Sequence record: SRR22947727_1922
DNA length: 36,319 nt
Direction: 5' to 3' (one strand)
Shown here: positions 26,620-36,291 of the stretch, one piece after another
Layout: every line of letters starts with the position of its first letter
How positions within the stretch are numbered: position 1 is the stretch's first letter
Position numbers and translations under genes: made by a program
Notes under the pieces: model-generated
Told to the model about the DNA's origin: nothing
Seen by the model: the letters and a program-made list of their open reading frames with translations, nothing else
The model's database searches: none

Positions 26620-27669
26620 CTAGTTGATGGTCAGTACGCCAGCTTCTACGTCAGAGGACTCGTTGGGGATGAGCTCCACCCAGGTGTTTCCCACACCCAG
26701 GAGAACCTCGTCACCAGCGGCAGTGGTCAAGACGATGGATGACTCAGGAGTCGCTTTGAACCAGTTGATCTCCACGATGGAGCCACCGGTGGCGACCCAC
26801 CCAGTTCCCTGGTTGACCAAGCGGGTCGTGGGGATGTCCTCAACAACCTCGATGCCCACCTGAAGAACGACAACGTTCGTGGCAAAAATCTGGTTGCCAC
26901 TGGAGGCAGAGTCAGCAGCGCCGTTCGTCTGGAAGCGCAGGAAGGTTCCCTGAGTTCCATCCCACTCCCAGGTGGGGCTGGAGAATCCACTGAAGCGAGG
27001 GTTGATCGACGTCATGGCCGAACCAGCAACCACAGCGGTGGACTCTTCCACGCTGGGTGCATAGGAGAACTGGCGCTCAGGAGCAGGGAGGTCCAGGTGT
27101 TGGTCAATGAGTTCGGGGGCTTTCACCAACACGTTGTGAGGGGCAACCTTGGCGCTCGTGCGGTAAAAGGTGTCTGCCGTGTCGGGCTGTCCGTGAATCG
27201 CGTTGTAGACCGGCGCTTCCTGCATCATCTGAATGAAGCGGACCTGACCACCGGAGTAAGCGAACACGCCACCGAAGGGGCTCACGATCTCGGGGTCCAT
27301 CGGGCGAACCGAGCGAACAGGACCGATTTCAGCAGGAAGGGTCGAGTGCCACACGGCGACATAGCGAGTGAGGCCACCCTCCACGAGCTCTTCGAAGACG
27401 ATGTCAGCTTCGTCGAGTCCCACCTGGGGACGGGCGGAGGGGTGGTTGTCAATCTTGGCGGAGAGGGAGGGGCGAGACAGACTTCCCGCCTCGATGGCCT
27501 CGCCTGTCAGTGCGGCGACAGTGGCGTTGTCGACAATCGCTTCTGCGCTCTCCCCTTCGCCAGAGGTCACCACTTCATCCTCAGGCGAGCTGGCCTCACT
27601 GGAACACCCTGCGAGGGCGAGTGCCGCAACTGCAGCAACGGCGAAGAATGAGCGAACAGTGGTTTTCAT
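26620..27669 (-). CDS. DUF3048 domain lipoprotein
   Basis: Lipobox LAGC; KIDN...ARPQ.GL..AD.VFEE.VEGG.TR, GPVRSVR, APHN. Confidence 0.9.
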   Translation of the reverse strand: MKTTVRSFFAVAAVAALALAGCSSEASSPEDEVVTSGEGESAEAIVDNATVAALTGEAIEAGSLSRPSLSAKIDNHPSARPQVGLDEADIVFEELVEGGLTRYVAVWHSTLPAEIGPVRSVRPMDPEIVSPFGGVFAYSGGQVRFIQMMQEAPVYNAIHGQPDTADTFYRTSAKVAPHNVLVKAPELIDQHLDLPAPERQFSYAPSVEESTAVVAGSAMTSINPRFSGFSSPTWEWDGTQGTFLRFQTNGAADSASSGNQIFATNVVVLQVGIEVVEDIPTTRLVNQGTGWVATGGSIVEINWFKATPESSIVLTTAAGDEVLLGVGNTWVELIPNESSDVEAGVLTIN

Positions 27670-27706
27670 CGGAGGGTTACCTTTTCAGTTCAGGACCGGG
27701 GAAAGT

Positions 27707-28327
27707 TTAGGTCGATTCGGTGTCGACGTAGTCGGCTCCAAGAACAACAGTGACGCGTGCTCCCGGATATGCAGTTGTTTGGACAACGGAGTCCGCGTCA
27801 AGATCCAACTCCTGAGCAATTCCCAGGGCGATGGCTTTATCGGCGTCATCACTATACGCCACAACGCTTTGCGGGACATCCGTGGAATCGGCGTTCGTCG
27901 CCGTCGCCTCTGGCCACCCCACGGTGACCAATCGTTCCACCGCGCGAGCCGCCATCCCCTGAGTGGCGGTGCCATTCAGCACCGTCAACGTCAAACCTTC
28001 AGTATCGATCTGGGTGGGGTCCGTCACCGCGACCACTTCTTCGGGAACCTCAGGCTCGAGGACCACGGGTTCGTCTGACTCCTCGGGTGGAGCGTCACCG
28101 GTGATAACGGGGACCTCGCTCGCATCCAAGGTGAGGTAGTCATCACTGCGGTCGACAAACCACACACCGGCGAGGACCAGAACAAGGACCGCACCAAAAC
28201 CTATTCCGATGGGTGCAAAGACGCTCCACGAGGAGCGTTGGCGTCGGTGTGTACCGACATAGCCGAGGTCGCGCTCTACATCGTCGAAACGATCGGGGAG
28301 AAACGAGGGCTTACCTGACTGTGCCAT
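27707..28327 (-). CDS. LytR C-terminal domain membrane protein
   Basis: DRFDD..GTHR, single TM, VLNGT...GMA, VTVVLGADY. Confidence 0.88.
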   Translation of the reverse strand: MAQSGKPSFLPDRFDDVERDLGYVGTHRRQRSSWSVFAPIGIGFGAVLVLVLAGVWFVDRSDDYLTLDASEVPVITGDAPPEESDEPVVLEPEVPEEVVAVTDPTQIDTEGLTLTVLNGTATQGMAARAVERLVTVGWPEATATNADSTDVPQSVVAYSDDADKAIALGIAQELDLDADSVVQTTAYPGARVTVVLGADYVDTEST

Positions 28328-28330
28328 CCC

Positions 28331-28585
28331 TCACCCTCCTTGCTCTTCGCGTCTCGAGGTAGCCGCCTCGAGGCAATGCCTCACCAATACTGCGTCATAC
28401 CGAACTGCTGCTTCTGTGCGACACAGCGCATATACCCGCTGATAATAACGAGCGAGAGAGAGTCCAAAGCGCTCCCTCACCGCAGACTCCTTATTAGGAA
28501 TGGAGCCCCAATGAGTCCTCTCGAACTCCAAAAGATCGATGTCTCCTGCGCCGAGTTCATCCTCGAGGTTGTCCGCATTCACCAT
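28331..28585 (-). CDS. DUF3263 domain protein
   Basis: LLEFER..W....KESAVRERFGLSLARYYQ. Confidence 0.88.
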   Translation of the reverse strand: MVNADNLEDELGAGDIDLLEFERTHWGSIPNKESAVRERFGLSLARYYQRVYALCRTEAAVRYDAVLVRHCLEAATSRREEQGG

Positions 28586-28645
28586 GTCCCCTCATGATAC
28601 GGCGCTCAGCAGGCATCAGGGCGAGGCGCCTATCCTAGAAACACT

Positions 28646-29755
28646 GTGACAAAGTCTTCTCTGGCTCCCCTCGGGGTTCTCGCACTTGCGTGTGCGCTGG
28701 TGCTGTCTGGTTGCCAACCAGGCTCCTTTGGAGCGCCCCGGTCGAGCCCCAGTGCGGCTGGAGACCGTCCTGCTCTTGCAGAGATTGACTGGCTGAACTC
28801 ACCCAGGGAGTGGGTGGGCTCGTCCACCGCAGTGCTGGGGGACGTCGCGATTACACCCATCACTGACGCACCAGTTGTCTCGCTTCCGACGACCGTGAAC
28901 TCAAACGAGCTCTCCGGCGACCGCGAGGTCACCGTCACCTCTGCCGATCGGGTGCTCGCGCTCGATATGTCAGGTTCGCTGGCAGCCACGGTTTGGGCGC
29001 TCGGCCTGGGAGACCGCCTCGTGGGGCGCGATATTTCGACCACCTTCCCCGGAGCTGAGAGCCTCCCCGTTGTCACGGGGAGCGGTCATGCCATCTCGCC
29101 CGAGTCGGTCCTTGAGCTTCGGCCAGACCTGCTGATTACCGATGGAACCATCGGCCCCCTCGACGTCGTACTGCAATTGCGGGACGCCGGCATTACCGTC
29201 GTTTTCGTCCGCGAGGAACCGGGGCTCGATGCACCTGCCGCCATGGCACGCTCTGTGGCGGGCATCTTTGGGATGGAGGGCACGGGAGATGCGTTGGCCG
29301 CACGCATCACGCAAGAGCTCGACACTGTTCTTGGCACCATTGCCGAAAATGCCCCCAGCAGCCGCGATCAGAAACTTCGGATGGTATTTCTCTACATCCG
29401 TGGGGCCAATGGCATCTATTACCTGTTTGGGCAAGAGTCCGGTGCGGGAGACCTGATCGAGGGCCTCCAAGGAATCGACATTGCCACCGAAATCGGCTGG
29501 ACGGGTTTGCGTCCGATGACCGATGAAGCCCTGATCGCTGCAAACCCTGACCTTATTTTGGTCATGTCAGAGGGACTGGAAAGCGTGGGCGGACCGGAAG
29601 AACTGGTTCGCCTCAAGCCCGCCATCGGTTTGACCGCGGCGGGGCAAAACCTGCGGTTTGTCGATATGGCTGATTCTCAAGTCCTCAGCTTTGGGCCGAG
29701 GACTCCTGCGGTTATGGACGCTCTTGCCCGCGCGATCTACGACCCCGCTGGATAG
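28646..29755 (+). CDS. hmuT: Heme/hemin ABC transporter substrate-binding lipoprotein (HmuT-like)
   Basis: Lipobox LSGC, LVGRD.ST, VT..GH, FLYIRG...IYY, VLSFGPRT. Confidence 0.82.
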   Translation: MTKSSLAPLGVLALACALVLSGCQPGSFGAPRSSPSAAGDRPALAEIDWLNSPREWVGSSTAVLGDVAITPITDAPVVSLPTTVNSNELSGDREVTVTSADRVLALDMSGSLAATVWALGLGDRLVGRDISTTFPGAESLPVVTGSGHAISPESVLELRPDLLITDGTIGPLDVVLQLRDAGITVVFVREEPGLDAPAAMARSVAGIFGMEGTGDALAARITQELDTVLGTIAENAPSSRDQKLRMVFLYIRGANGIYYLFGQESGAGDLIEGLQGIDIATEIGWTGLRPMTDEALIAANPDLILVMSEGLESVGGPEELVRLKPAIGLTAAGQNLRFVDMADSQVLSFGPRTPAVMDALARAIYDPAG

Positions 29756-30422
29756 CAAGCGCTAAAGCGCTCGCTCCCACGGTGAGCGCCGCCACCCCGC
29801 CGGGTATCCACCAGATTGTCCCCTCATCAAGGCAGCCTGGGCTGACCTCGAGTCGAAAAGACATCGGATCCATCACTTCTCCAGCCGGATAGGTGCCAAA
29901 GGCATCCGAGCCCTCCTGAGTGAGGACCACCTGCGCCCCCTCCACGCTCCACACCCCTTCGGAGGGAACAACCTCCTCCGCGCCGCGACCCCATGTCACC
30001 GTGGCGAAGCGAACATCTCGCTGATTGACGCTGACCTCCTCCATGGTGTCGCCTGTCACATCGAGCACCAGGGTGGCTTCTCGTGTCCCGGTGATGATCA
30101 GCTCGGGGTTCTGAAGGGCCGTTTCGAGAATTCCGTCATGACCGGAAAACACGATTCCGCCCTCAAACGCCACGATCCCTTCATCTCTGGCGGCATCCAC
30201 ATACCCGGTACCACCGGTGAGGGTGAAGAGGGGAATTTCATAGCCGACATCGCCGGAGACCTCCCATGACCCCTGAGCGATGGAACCGGAGACATAGGAC
30301 CGGAAGGACTCTTTGAAACCCCAGGTGATTGAGATGTCCCGGACTTCGCAGGTGCCCTCGGGAACCGAGGCCGGTGATACCCCCACAACGCCCGCAAGAG
30401 CCAGTGCGAGTGCTTCACGCAT
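29712..30422 (-). CDS. HtaA-domain heme-binding membrane-anchored protein
   Basis: WGFKESFRSYV (conserved Tyr), FSGHDGIL (His), F..YPAG..MDP, C-terminal TM plus basic tail. Confidence 0.85.
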   Translation of the reverse strand: MREALALALAGVVGVSPASVPEGTCEVRDISITWGFKESFRSYVSGSIAQGSWEVSGDVGYEIPLFTLTGGTGYVDAARDEGIVAFEGGIVFSGHDGILETALQNPELIITGTREATLVLDVTGDTMEEVSVNQRDVRFATVTWGRGAEEVVPSEGVWSVEGAQVVLTQEGSDAFGTYPAGEVMDPMSFRLEVSPGCLDEGTIWWIPGGVAALTVGASALALAIQRGRRSRGQERP

Positions 30423-30882
30423 CAGGGTGCCGCACCATCAAGACGTGGGGAATGCCTGCCTCGTGAAACAGCTCGCCTCGACGCTCAAAACCAAATTTCG
30501 CATACAAAGAGGTGACGTAGTCCTGGGCGTGGAGGTAGAGGGGCTTATCCCCGGCGATCTCGAGAGCTCGAGCCATCAACACCTGGGCTAAACCTCGACC
30601 GCGAGCGCTCTTACGCACCACCATTCGACCGAGGCTATCCGCGATACCGTCGTGGCTCGCTGCCTGGTCAGGATTATGCACAATCCGGAGGTAAGCGGCC
30701 ATTCCCTCGTCATCCGAAATCCAGAGGTGGAGAGTGGTGGGATCGCGATCCGCTGCATCGAATTCCTCCTCGTCAATTTTCTGCTCGAGGAAGAACACCT
30801 CAGAGCGGAGAACCGCCATCTCGAACACCTCATCAGGTGTGAATTCACCCCACGTTTTGTGGATTACCGGCGGCGAGGACAT
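30415..30882 (-). CDS. ElaA-like GNAT acetyltransferase
   Basis: LRSEVFFLEQ, GRMVV....RGRGLA, LHAQ, EAGIPHVLM. Confidence 0.9.
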   Translation of the reverse strand: MSSPPVIHKTWGEFTPDEVFEMAVLRSEVFFLEQKIDEEEFDAADRDPTTLHLWISDDEGMAAYLRIVHNPDQAASHDGIADSLGRMVVRKSARGRGLAQVLMARALEIAGDKPLYLHAQDYVTSLYAKFGFERRGELFHEAGIPHVLMVRHPDA

Positions 30883-30933
30883 GGTGGGAGTTTAATGGGG
30901 GAACCTTCACACTCCCCGACGCAAGGACACCTC

Positions 30934-31338
30934 ATGGTCGAGAAAATCACCAAAGACGACTCTCTCTGGAAAGCTGAGCTGCCTCCGGAGCGCTACGCGA
31001 TCCTGCGTCAAGCAGCTACTGAACCCCCCTGGACCGGGGAACTCCTCGCAGAGAAACGTGATGGTGTGTATTCCTGCGCGGGGTGTGGAAACGAGCTCTT
31101 CACCAGCGACACGAAGTTTGAGTCGGGATCGGGCTGGCCCTCCTTCTTCGACGCCATCACTCCCGGCGCGGTGGAGCTGCACGAGGACCGAAGCCTGGGA
31201 ATGGTCCGCACCGAGGTTATCTGCGGTGCGTGTGGTGGTCACCTGGGTCACCTCTTTGATGACGCCGTGGGGACCCCCACAGGTCAGCGCTACTGCATGA
31301 ACTCTCTCGCGCTGGAGTTTGACGAGAAGGACGCCTAG
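30934..31338 (+). CDS. msrB: Peptide-methionine (R)-S-oxide reductase
   Basis: ATEPP, CAGC, KFESGSGWPSF, CGACGGHLGHLF, RYCMNS; SD AAGGA. Confidence 0.96.
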   Translation: MVEKITKDDSLWKAELPPERYAILRQAATEPPWTGELLAEKRDGVYSCAGCGNELFTSDTKFESGSGWPSFFDAITPGAVELHEDRSLGMVRTEVICGACGGHLGHLFDDAVGTPTGQRYCMNSLALEFDEKDA

Positions 31339-32282
31339 GTCTTTCGCCCCACCGTCACCAAAGCTGAACCAGCGAGGGTAATGAGAGCACCCACGATGGT
31401 GGATGTCGCGAGGCCCGAGGACGCGACGGGAAAGAAAACGTCGAGAGCGATCGATCCCAAGAGTTGACCTGTCACGATGCTCACTCCAAGCCCGAGAACA
31501 CCGATAACCAGCACGGTGGAGGCTTGAATGGTGATGAAGATGGTGCCCACCAATCCACCCGTCCACACCCACCACTGATCGGGCAGGGCAGTCGGTCCAC
31601 CGGTAAAGGGGAGAGATATCGCAGTGACCACGGCGAGGGTGAGCGCTCCCGCCGAAAAATTGATGAAGGTCGCGGCAAGAGCAGAGCCAGCTGCTGCCTT
31701 GACCCGCCCGTTCACGGCTTGTTGGTAACCCGTTCCGAAGCCGGCAACAAGTGGGAGCGCAAAAGCGAGCGTTTTACCCTCCAATGAGCCGGAGAGGACA
31801 TCGAGGGCAATCACGGCGCCCACAACGGCAAGGATTGCTCCGACCACCCGCAACGCGGTCGGCCGCACCCGCGGAGCACCAAACCACCCTTTGGTGTCGA
31901 TAGCGAGCGACCCAAAAGCTTGACCTGTGACCACCGCAATGGTGAACAGCGCCACCCCCAGAATCCCAGCCGAAAGACCCTGGGTGAGAACAAGGAAAGC
32001 TCCCCCAGCTCCGCCCACGGCCGCCCACCAGGGCAAACGTCCCGCCTGAATGTCCTCGCGCACCGTCCGCAAGCCCTGTCGGGCACGGGGATTGAACGCA
32101 ATCACCAGCCCCACCACCAACAGTCCGCTGGAAAACGAAAACAGGGCTGCGACGAACCCATCCCCTAGCGCGACGCCCAACTCACCATTGAGACGTGACT
32201 GGAGCGCCACGAGAACACCAGAAAAAACGCTCAGTACAAAAGCTGCAACGTAACCGCGCTCGAACCCTGGGCGAGTAGACAC
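31335..32282 (-). CDS. DMT family transporter (tandem YdcZ-type)
   Basis: Q..LNG.L repeat, WW..GG motifs twice, GQ...ID; about 10 TMs. Confidence 0.87.
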   Translation of the reverse strand: MSTRPGFERGYVAAFVLSVFSGVLVALQSRLNGELGVALGDGFVAALFSFSSGLLVVGLVIAFNPRARQGLRTVREDIQAGRLPWWAAVGGAGGAFLVLTQGLSAGILGVALFTIAVVTGQAFGSLAIDTKGWFGAPRVRPTALRVVGAILAVVGAVIALDVLSGSLEGKTLAFALPLVAGFGTGYQQAVNGRVKAAAGSALAATFINFSAGALTLAVVTAISLPFTGGPTALPDQWWVWTGGLVGTIFITIQASTVLVIGVLGLGVSIVTGQLLGSIALDVFFPVASSGLATSTIVGALITLAGSALVTVGRKT

Positions 32283-32308
32283 TCGCTCAGGGTATCGGCT
32301 CGAACCTC

Positions 32309-33271
32309 CTACAGGAGGTTGGGAATCTTTTGCTCTTCAGCCAGGTTTGCCCGACGGAACCAGAAGGTCACCAATGTCGACACAATCACGATGAACAGCG
32401 AGTAGAGGGCTGGGACCAGGAGGATCTCGTCCACAAACCCTGTGTCGAGGTAAATCGCGATGATGACTGCGATCGCGAGCGGTCCATTCTGGATTCCCGT
32501 CTCCAACCCGACCGTTCTTGCATTCATCGGGTGGAGCTTAATGAGTCGCGCAATTCCGTAGGCGCTGAAGATACCCATTACTCCCAGCCCAATGGCCACC
32601 ACATAGGTGGGCCACTCCGTGGAGAGCAGCAACTGCCAGTTTCTAGGCACCCAGATGATGATCAGGAAAGGAATGAAGAGAACCCCGAAGAGTCCACCGA
32701 CGAGTTCCAACACGGCTCCCACATTGGAGCTGAGCTTGCGCACCAGCATTCCCAATGCCACGGGAACGACGAGCCCCGCGATGACGGTGGCAAGCTCAAT
32801 CGGGTCAATCGACACCGCTCCATCAAGGTTGAGGAAATTCGAATACAGGAGGATGACCGCGGGGGTCATGATGAATGCCCACAGCGTCGAATTGACCGTC
32901 ATTGTCAAACTCAGCGCCAGGTTGCCCCTAGAGAAGTAGGTAAAAAGATTCGAGGTCGTGCCCGCTGGCACGCTTCCCATGATGAGCGCACCCAGTGCAA
33001 TCCAGACCATCTCCCCCGGAGGTGAGAAGGGGAAAAGAACCGTCACGATAAGGATGTAGGCAACAAAAGGCATGATGCCAAACTGCGTGACCCATCCGAT
33101 GATGAGACCCCACGGTCTGCGCAACGCCAGCCCGAAGTCTTTCGGTGTTAGACCCGCACCGAGGCCAAACATGATGACCACGATGAAGATTCGAAGCAAC
33201 GTCTCCTCAAACTCATTGACGACAGTTGCTTGATTGTGGTTATCCGCAAGGAAAATCAGTGTGTCAATCAT
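32309..33271 (-). CDS. Bile acid:sodium symporter family protein
   Basis: MFGLG, QFGIMP, PAGTTSN, GNLALS, ETGIQN. Confidence 0.92.
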   Translation of the reverse strand: MIDTLIFLADNHNQATVVNEFEETLLRIFIVVIMFGLGAGLTPKDFGLALRRPWGLIIGWVTQFGIMPFVAYILIVTVLFPFSPPGEMVWIALGALIMGSVPAGTTSNLFTYFSRGNLALSLTMTVNSTLWAFIMTPAVILLYSNFLNLDGAVSIDPIELATVIAGLVVPVALGMLVRKLSSNVGAVLELVGGLFGVLFIPFLIIIWVPRNWQLLLSTEWPTYVVAIGLGVMGIFSAYGIARLIKLHPMNARTVGLETGIQNGPLAIAVIIAIYLDTGFVDEILLVPALYSLFIVIVSTLVTFWFRRANLAEEQKIPNLL

Positions 33272-33273
33272 GG

Positions 33274-34998
33274 TTAGGCGCCCTTCGTCGAAGCGGTCTG
33301 GGACATCGCGTGATCACGGAGTTCGCGACGGAGAATCTTGCCAATTGGGCTCTTCGGGAGCTCATCGACGAAGACGATGGTGGAGGGCACTTTGTAGGCG
33401 GAGAGGGTCTCTCGACAATGAGCCTGAATGGCCTCTGCCGTGGGTGCCGGAGCAGAGGCCACCACGAACGCGCGAACGGCCTCCCCTGACTTCTCGTCCG
33501 GGACACCAATCACGCCAACCTCGAGGACGCCGGGAACCGCAGCAATCGCTTCCTCGACATCGTTGGGGTAGACATTGAACCCACTCACGATCACCATGTC
33601 TTTCTTGCGATCGACGATGGTGAAGTAGCCATCCGAATCCATCTGAGCGATGTCTCCGGTGTAGAGCCAGCCATCCTTCAGAGTGTTCTTAGTCTCCTCG
33701 TCTCGGTTCCAATACCCCTTCATGATTTGGGGACCCCTCGCAATGAGCTCCCCCGGCTCTCCGATGGCAACCTCTTTACCGTTCTCATCGACGCAGGCCA
33801 TTTCGGTGGAGGGGACAGGAATTCCGATGCTGTTGTCTTTGAACATTCCACCCAGGGGGTTGAACGACAACACGGGCGAGGATTCGGTCAAACCGTAGCC
33901 CTCGACGATGGGGGTTCCGGTCACGTCACGCCAGCGCTTCGCCACCGACTCGTGGAGAGACATTCCTCCTGCAGCAGAAGCCTTCAAATGCTTCGGGGGG
34001 CTGTCAGTGAACCAGCGCTCATTCAGCAGCGCGTTGAACAGCGTATTCACGCCTGTCGTCCAGGTGATCTTGTAGTTCTCAAAGGCTCGCTTCAGATTGC
34101 TCGGTGGACGGGGAGTCGGAATCAGGAGGTTCCTCGCGCCCACGTGGTAGAACCCCAACAAATTCACGGTGAAAGCGAAGATGTGGTATAGCGGAAGAGC
34201 CGTCAGGGCGGTCTCCTTACCAGGAACGATGTACTCACCGTTCATCTGCAGCAACTGCAAAGTGTTGGACACCAGGTTGCCGTGCGTGAGCATGGCCCCC
34301 TTGGATACGCCTGTCGTTCCCCCTGTGTACTGGAGGGCAGCAAGGGAGTCTGGCCCCACCCCTTCGAGGTAGCTCTCCGCTTGAGCTCTCGTGCACACCT
34401 TTTCGCCCATCTTGAGTGCGGCCTGGAAGGACGTGTGGGGAACAGTGATCTTGGGCAGAGTTCGTGACCACACCTTTTGCACCAAACGAATAACGCCGGC
34501 AACAACCGGGGAGAAAAACTCCGAAATGCGCACTGTCACCACGGTCTCGATATCAGTCTGTGGCAACACCTCCGGGAGGCGATCCGCAAACATGTCGCTC
34601 ACCACGAGAACCTTCGCACCGGAGTCCTTGAACTGGTGCGTCATCTCGGAGGCGGTATAGAGAGGGTTGGTGTTCACCAGGACCAACCCCGCCTTCATCA
34701 CACCAAAAGCAACAATCGGGTAGGCCAGTGAGTTGGGAATCTGCACCGCAACCCGGTCGCCCTGCTGCAGGCCTAGCGTCTCGCGCAGATAAGCGGCGAA
34801 GTTGTCCGAGTGAACGTCCACCTCGCGGTACTTCAGCGAGCCATTCATGCCATTGGCCATCACCTGCGTGAACGCAATGGTGTTGGCATAGGTGCTCGCT
34901 GCCTGACGGGCAAGCGCTGGCACGTGCGGAAGGGTGACGTCCTGAAGGACAGGGTCTACATCTGCGGGATAGTGATCGAGCCACGGGCGTTGGGGCAT
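33274..34998 (-). CDS. fadD: Long-chain fatty acid--CoA ligase
   Basis: QYTGGTTGVSKG, EGYGLTE, TGD, DRKKDM..VSGFNVYP, GKILRR; start may be 34998, 35022 or 35031. Confidence 0.92.
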   Translation of the reverse strand: MPQRPWLDHYPADVDPVLQDVTLPHVPALARQAASTYANTIAFTQVMANGMNGSLKYREVDVHSDNFAAYLRETLGLQQGDRVAVQIPNSLAYPIVAFGVMKAGLVLVNTNPLYTASEMTHQFKDSGAKVLVVSDMFADRLPEVLPQTDIETVVTVRISEFFSPVVAGVIRLVQKVWSRTLPKITVPHTSFQAALKMGEKVCTRAQAESYLEGVGPDSLAALQYTGGTTGVSKGAMLTHGNLVSNTLQLLQMNGEYIVPGKETALTALPLYHIFAFTVNLLGFYHVGARNLLIPTPRPPSNLKRAFENYKITWTTGVNTLFNALLNERWFTDSPPKHLKASAAGGMSLHESVAKRWRDVTGTPIVEGYGLTESSPVLSFNPLGGMFKDNSIGIPVPSTEMACVDENGKEVAIGEPGELIARGPQIMKGYWNRDEETKNTLKDGWLYTGDIAQMDSDGYFTIVDRKKDMVIVSGFNVYPNDVEEAIAAVPGVLEVGVIGVPDEKSGEAVRAFVVASAPAPTAEAIQAHCRETLSAYKVPSTIVFVDELPKSPIGKILRRELRDHAMSQTASTKGA

Positions 34999-35070
34999 CT
35001 CTACTCTTTCCAGGTAGGGCATCGCCCACAATCACGTCGGCGATGAAGTGTTCGGCTCATCATAGCCATC

Positions 35071-35090
35071 TCTGGTGGCCCGCCACCAGA
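35071..35090. terminator. Hairpin downstream of arsC (putative terminator)
   Basis: TCTGGTGG-CCCG-CCACCAGA; no clear T-tail. Confidence 0.45.
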
Positions 35091-35109
35091 TGAGCGGCCC
35101 TGGGCTTAC

Positions 35110-35511
35110 CTAGTTGAGAAGCTCAGCTACAAGTTTTTCGATGCGGGCCCGGATGTCGTCCCGGATTGCGCGGACGGCCTGCACCCCTTGCCCAGCAGGG
35201 TCGGCAAGCTCCCAATCCTCATAGCGCTTACCGGGATAGAACTTGCACGCGTCACCACAGCCCATGGTGATGACCACATCGCTGGCCTGCACCTGTTCGT
35301 CGGTCAAGATCTTGGGCTGCCGTCCACGAATATCGATTCCCTCTTCCAGCATTACCTCCACCGCAACCGGGTTGATGGTGTCCTTCGGCGCGCTCCCCGA
35401 ACTCATGACTTCAATCCGGTCCCCTGCCAAGTGTTGGAGATATCCGGCAGCCATTTGTGAGCGACCGGCGTTATGGACACACACAAACAACACTGTTGGC
35501 TTGTCAGACAT
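35110..35511 (-). CDS. arsC: Arsenate reductase, LMW-PTP fold
   Basis: VLFVCVHNAGRSQMA, ITMGCGDAC, DWELADP; SD AAAGGAG. Confidence 0.93.
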   Translation of the reverse strand: MSDKPTVLFVCVHNAGRSQMAAGYLQHLAGDRIEVMSSGSAPKDTINPVAVEVMLEEGIDIRGRQPKILTDEQVQASDVVITMGCGDACKFYPGKRYEDWELADPAGQGVQAVRAIRDDIRARIEKLVAELLN

Positions 35512-36178
35512 TGTTCTTCTCCTTTGAGGCAGTGACGACGGGGACAACAAGGGTGAGAGCTATCAGCATTGCCAGGACTTGAGCGCCGATGAATCCCCAC
35601 CCGGATATCGGGGATATCCCCGAGAAAGAGTCGGTAAACATTCGACCCACCGTGACGGCAGGGTTGGCGAACGACGTGGAGGAAGTGAAGACATATCCAG
35701 CACCGATCCAAGCGGGAACCGCTAATGGAATCAGTGACTCACGAGCTCTCTCCACAAGAAGAAGAATGATGGCGATCAATCCGGACGTCGCGATGATCTC
35801 ACCGACAAAAGTCCCGGTTGTGAGTCGATTGTTAGTCGAGAGCTCCAGCACAGACCGGTCGAACATGACGTGAGCGAGTGCGACCCCCGCTAACCCACCA
35901 GCGAGCTGAGCAATTACATACCCCGCGGCCTCGCCCACCGAAATCTTTCGACGAAAGAGGACCGCGAGGGTAACAACGGGGTTAATATGTGCTCCGGAAA
36001 TGGGCATCAGCACCACAATCAGGACACCAAGGCCCATCACCGTTGCCAGCTGATTCAGTAACAGGCTCACTCCGCCATCAGAGCTCAGAGACTCGGCCAT
36101 AATGCCCGACCCGATAACGATGGCGACGAGGAGTGCTGTGCCGAGGAACTCAGCTGTCGCGCGAATCACTATTGACAC
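35504..36178 (-). CDS. MIP/aquaporin family channel (AqpS-like, arsenite-associated)
   Basis: AEFLGT, SGAHINPVVT, TSSTSFANPAVT; SD AAGGAGG before GTG 36178; overlaps the arsC start. Confidence 0.9.
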   Translation of the reverse strand: MSIVIRATAEFLGTALLVAIVIGSGIMAESLSSDGGVSLLLNQLATVMGLGVLIVVLMPISGAHINPVVTLAVLFRRKISVGEAAGYVIAQLAGGLAGVALAHVMFDRSVLELSTNNRLTTGTFVGEIIATSGLIAIILLLVERARESLIPLAVPAWIGAGYVFTSSTSFANPAVTVGRMFTDSFSGISPISGWGFIGAQVLAMLIALTLVVPVVTASKEKNNV

Positions 36179-36291
36179 AGTGGCCTCCTTGTTCAACCAC
36201 CAGTCTTATCCAATGAGAGCCCGTGAGGTTTTCAAGATCGGGCCTTGTTCACCGAAAGTTCATCTCAAAACGTGTCGCGATTCTTGATCGG

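Noticed and set aside
28620-28640. IdeR box upstream of the hmuT-like gene
   Set aside because: Only a partial half-site (GCCTATCCTAG); the left half does not match
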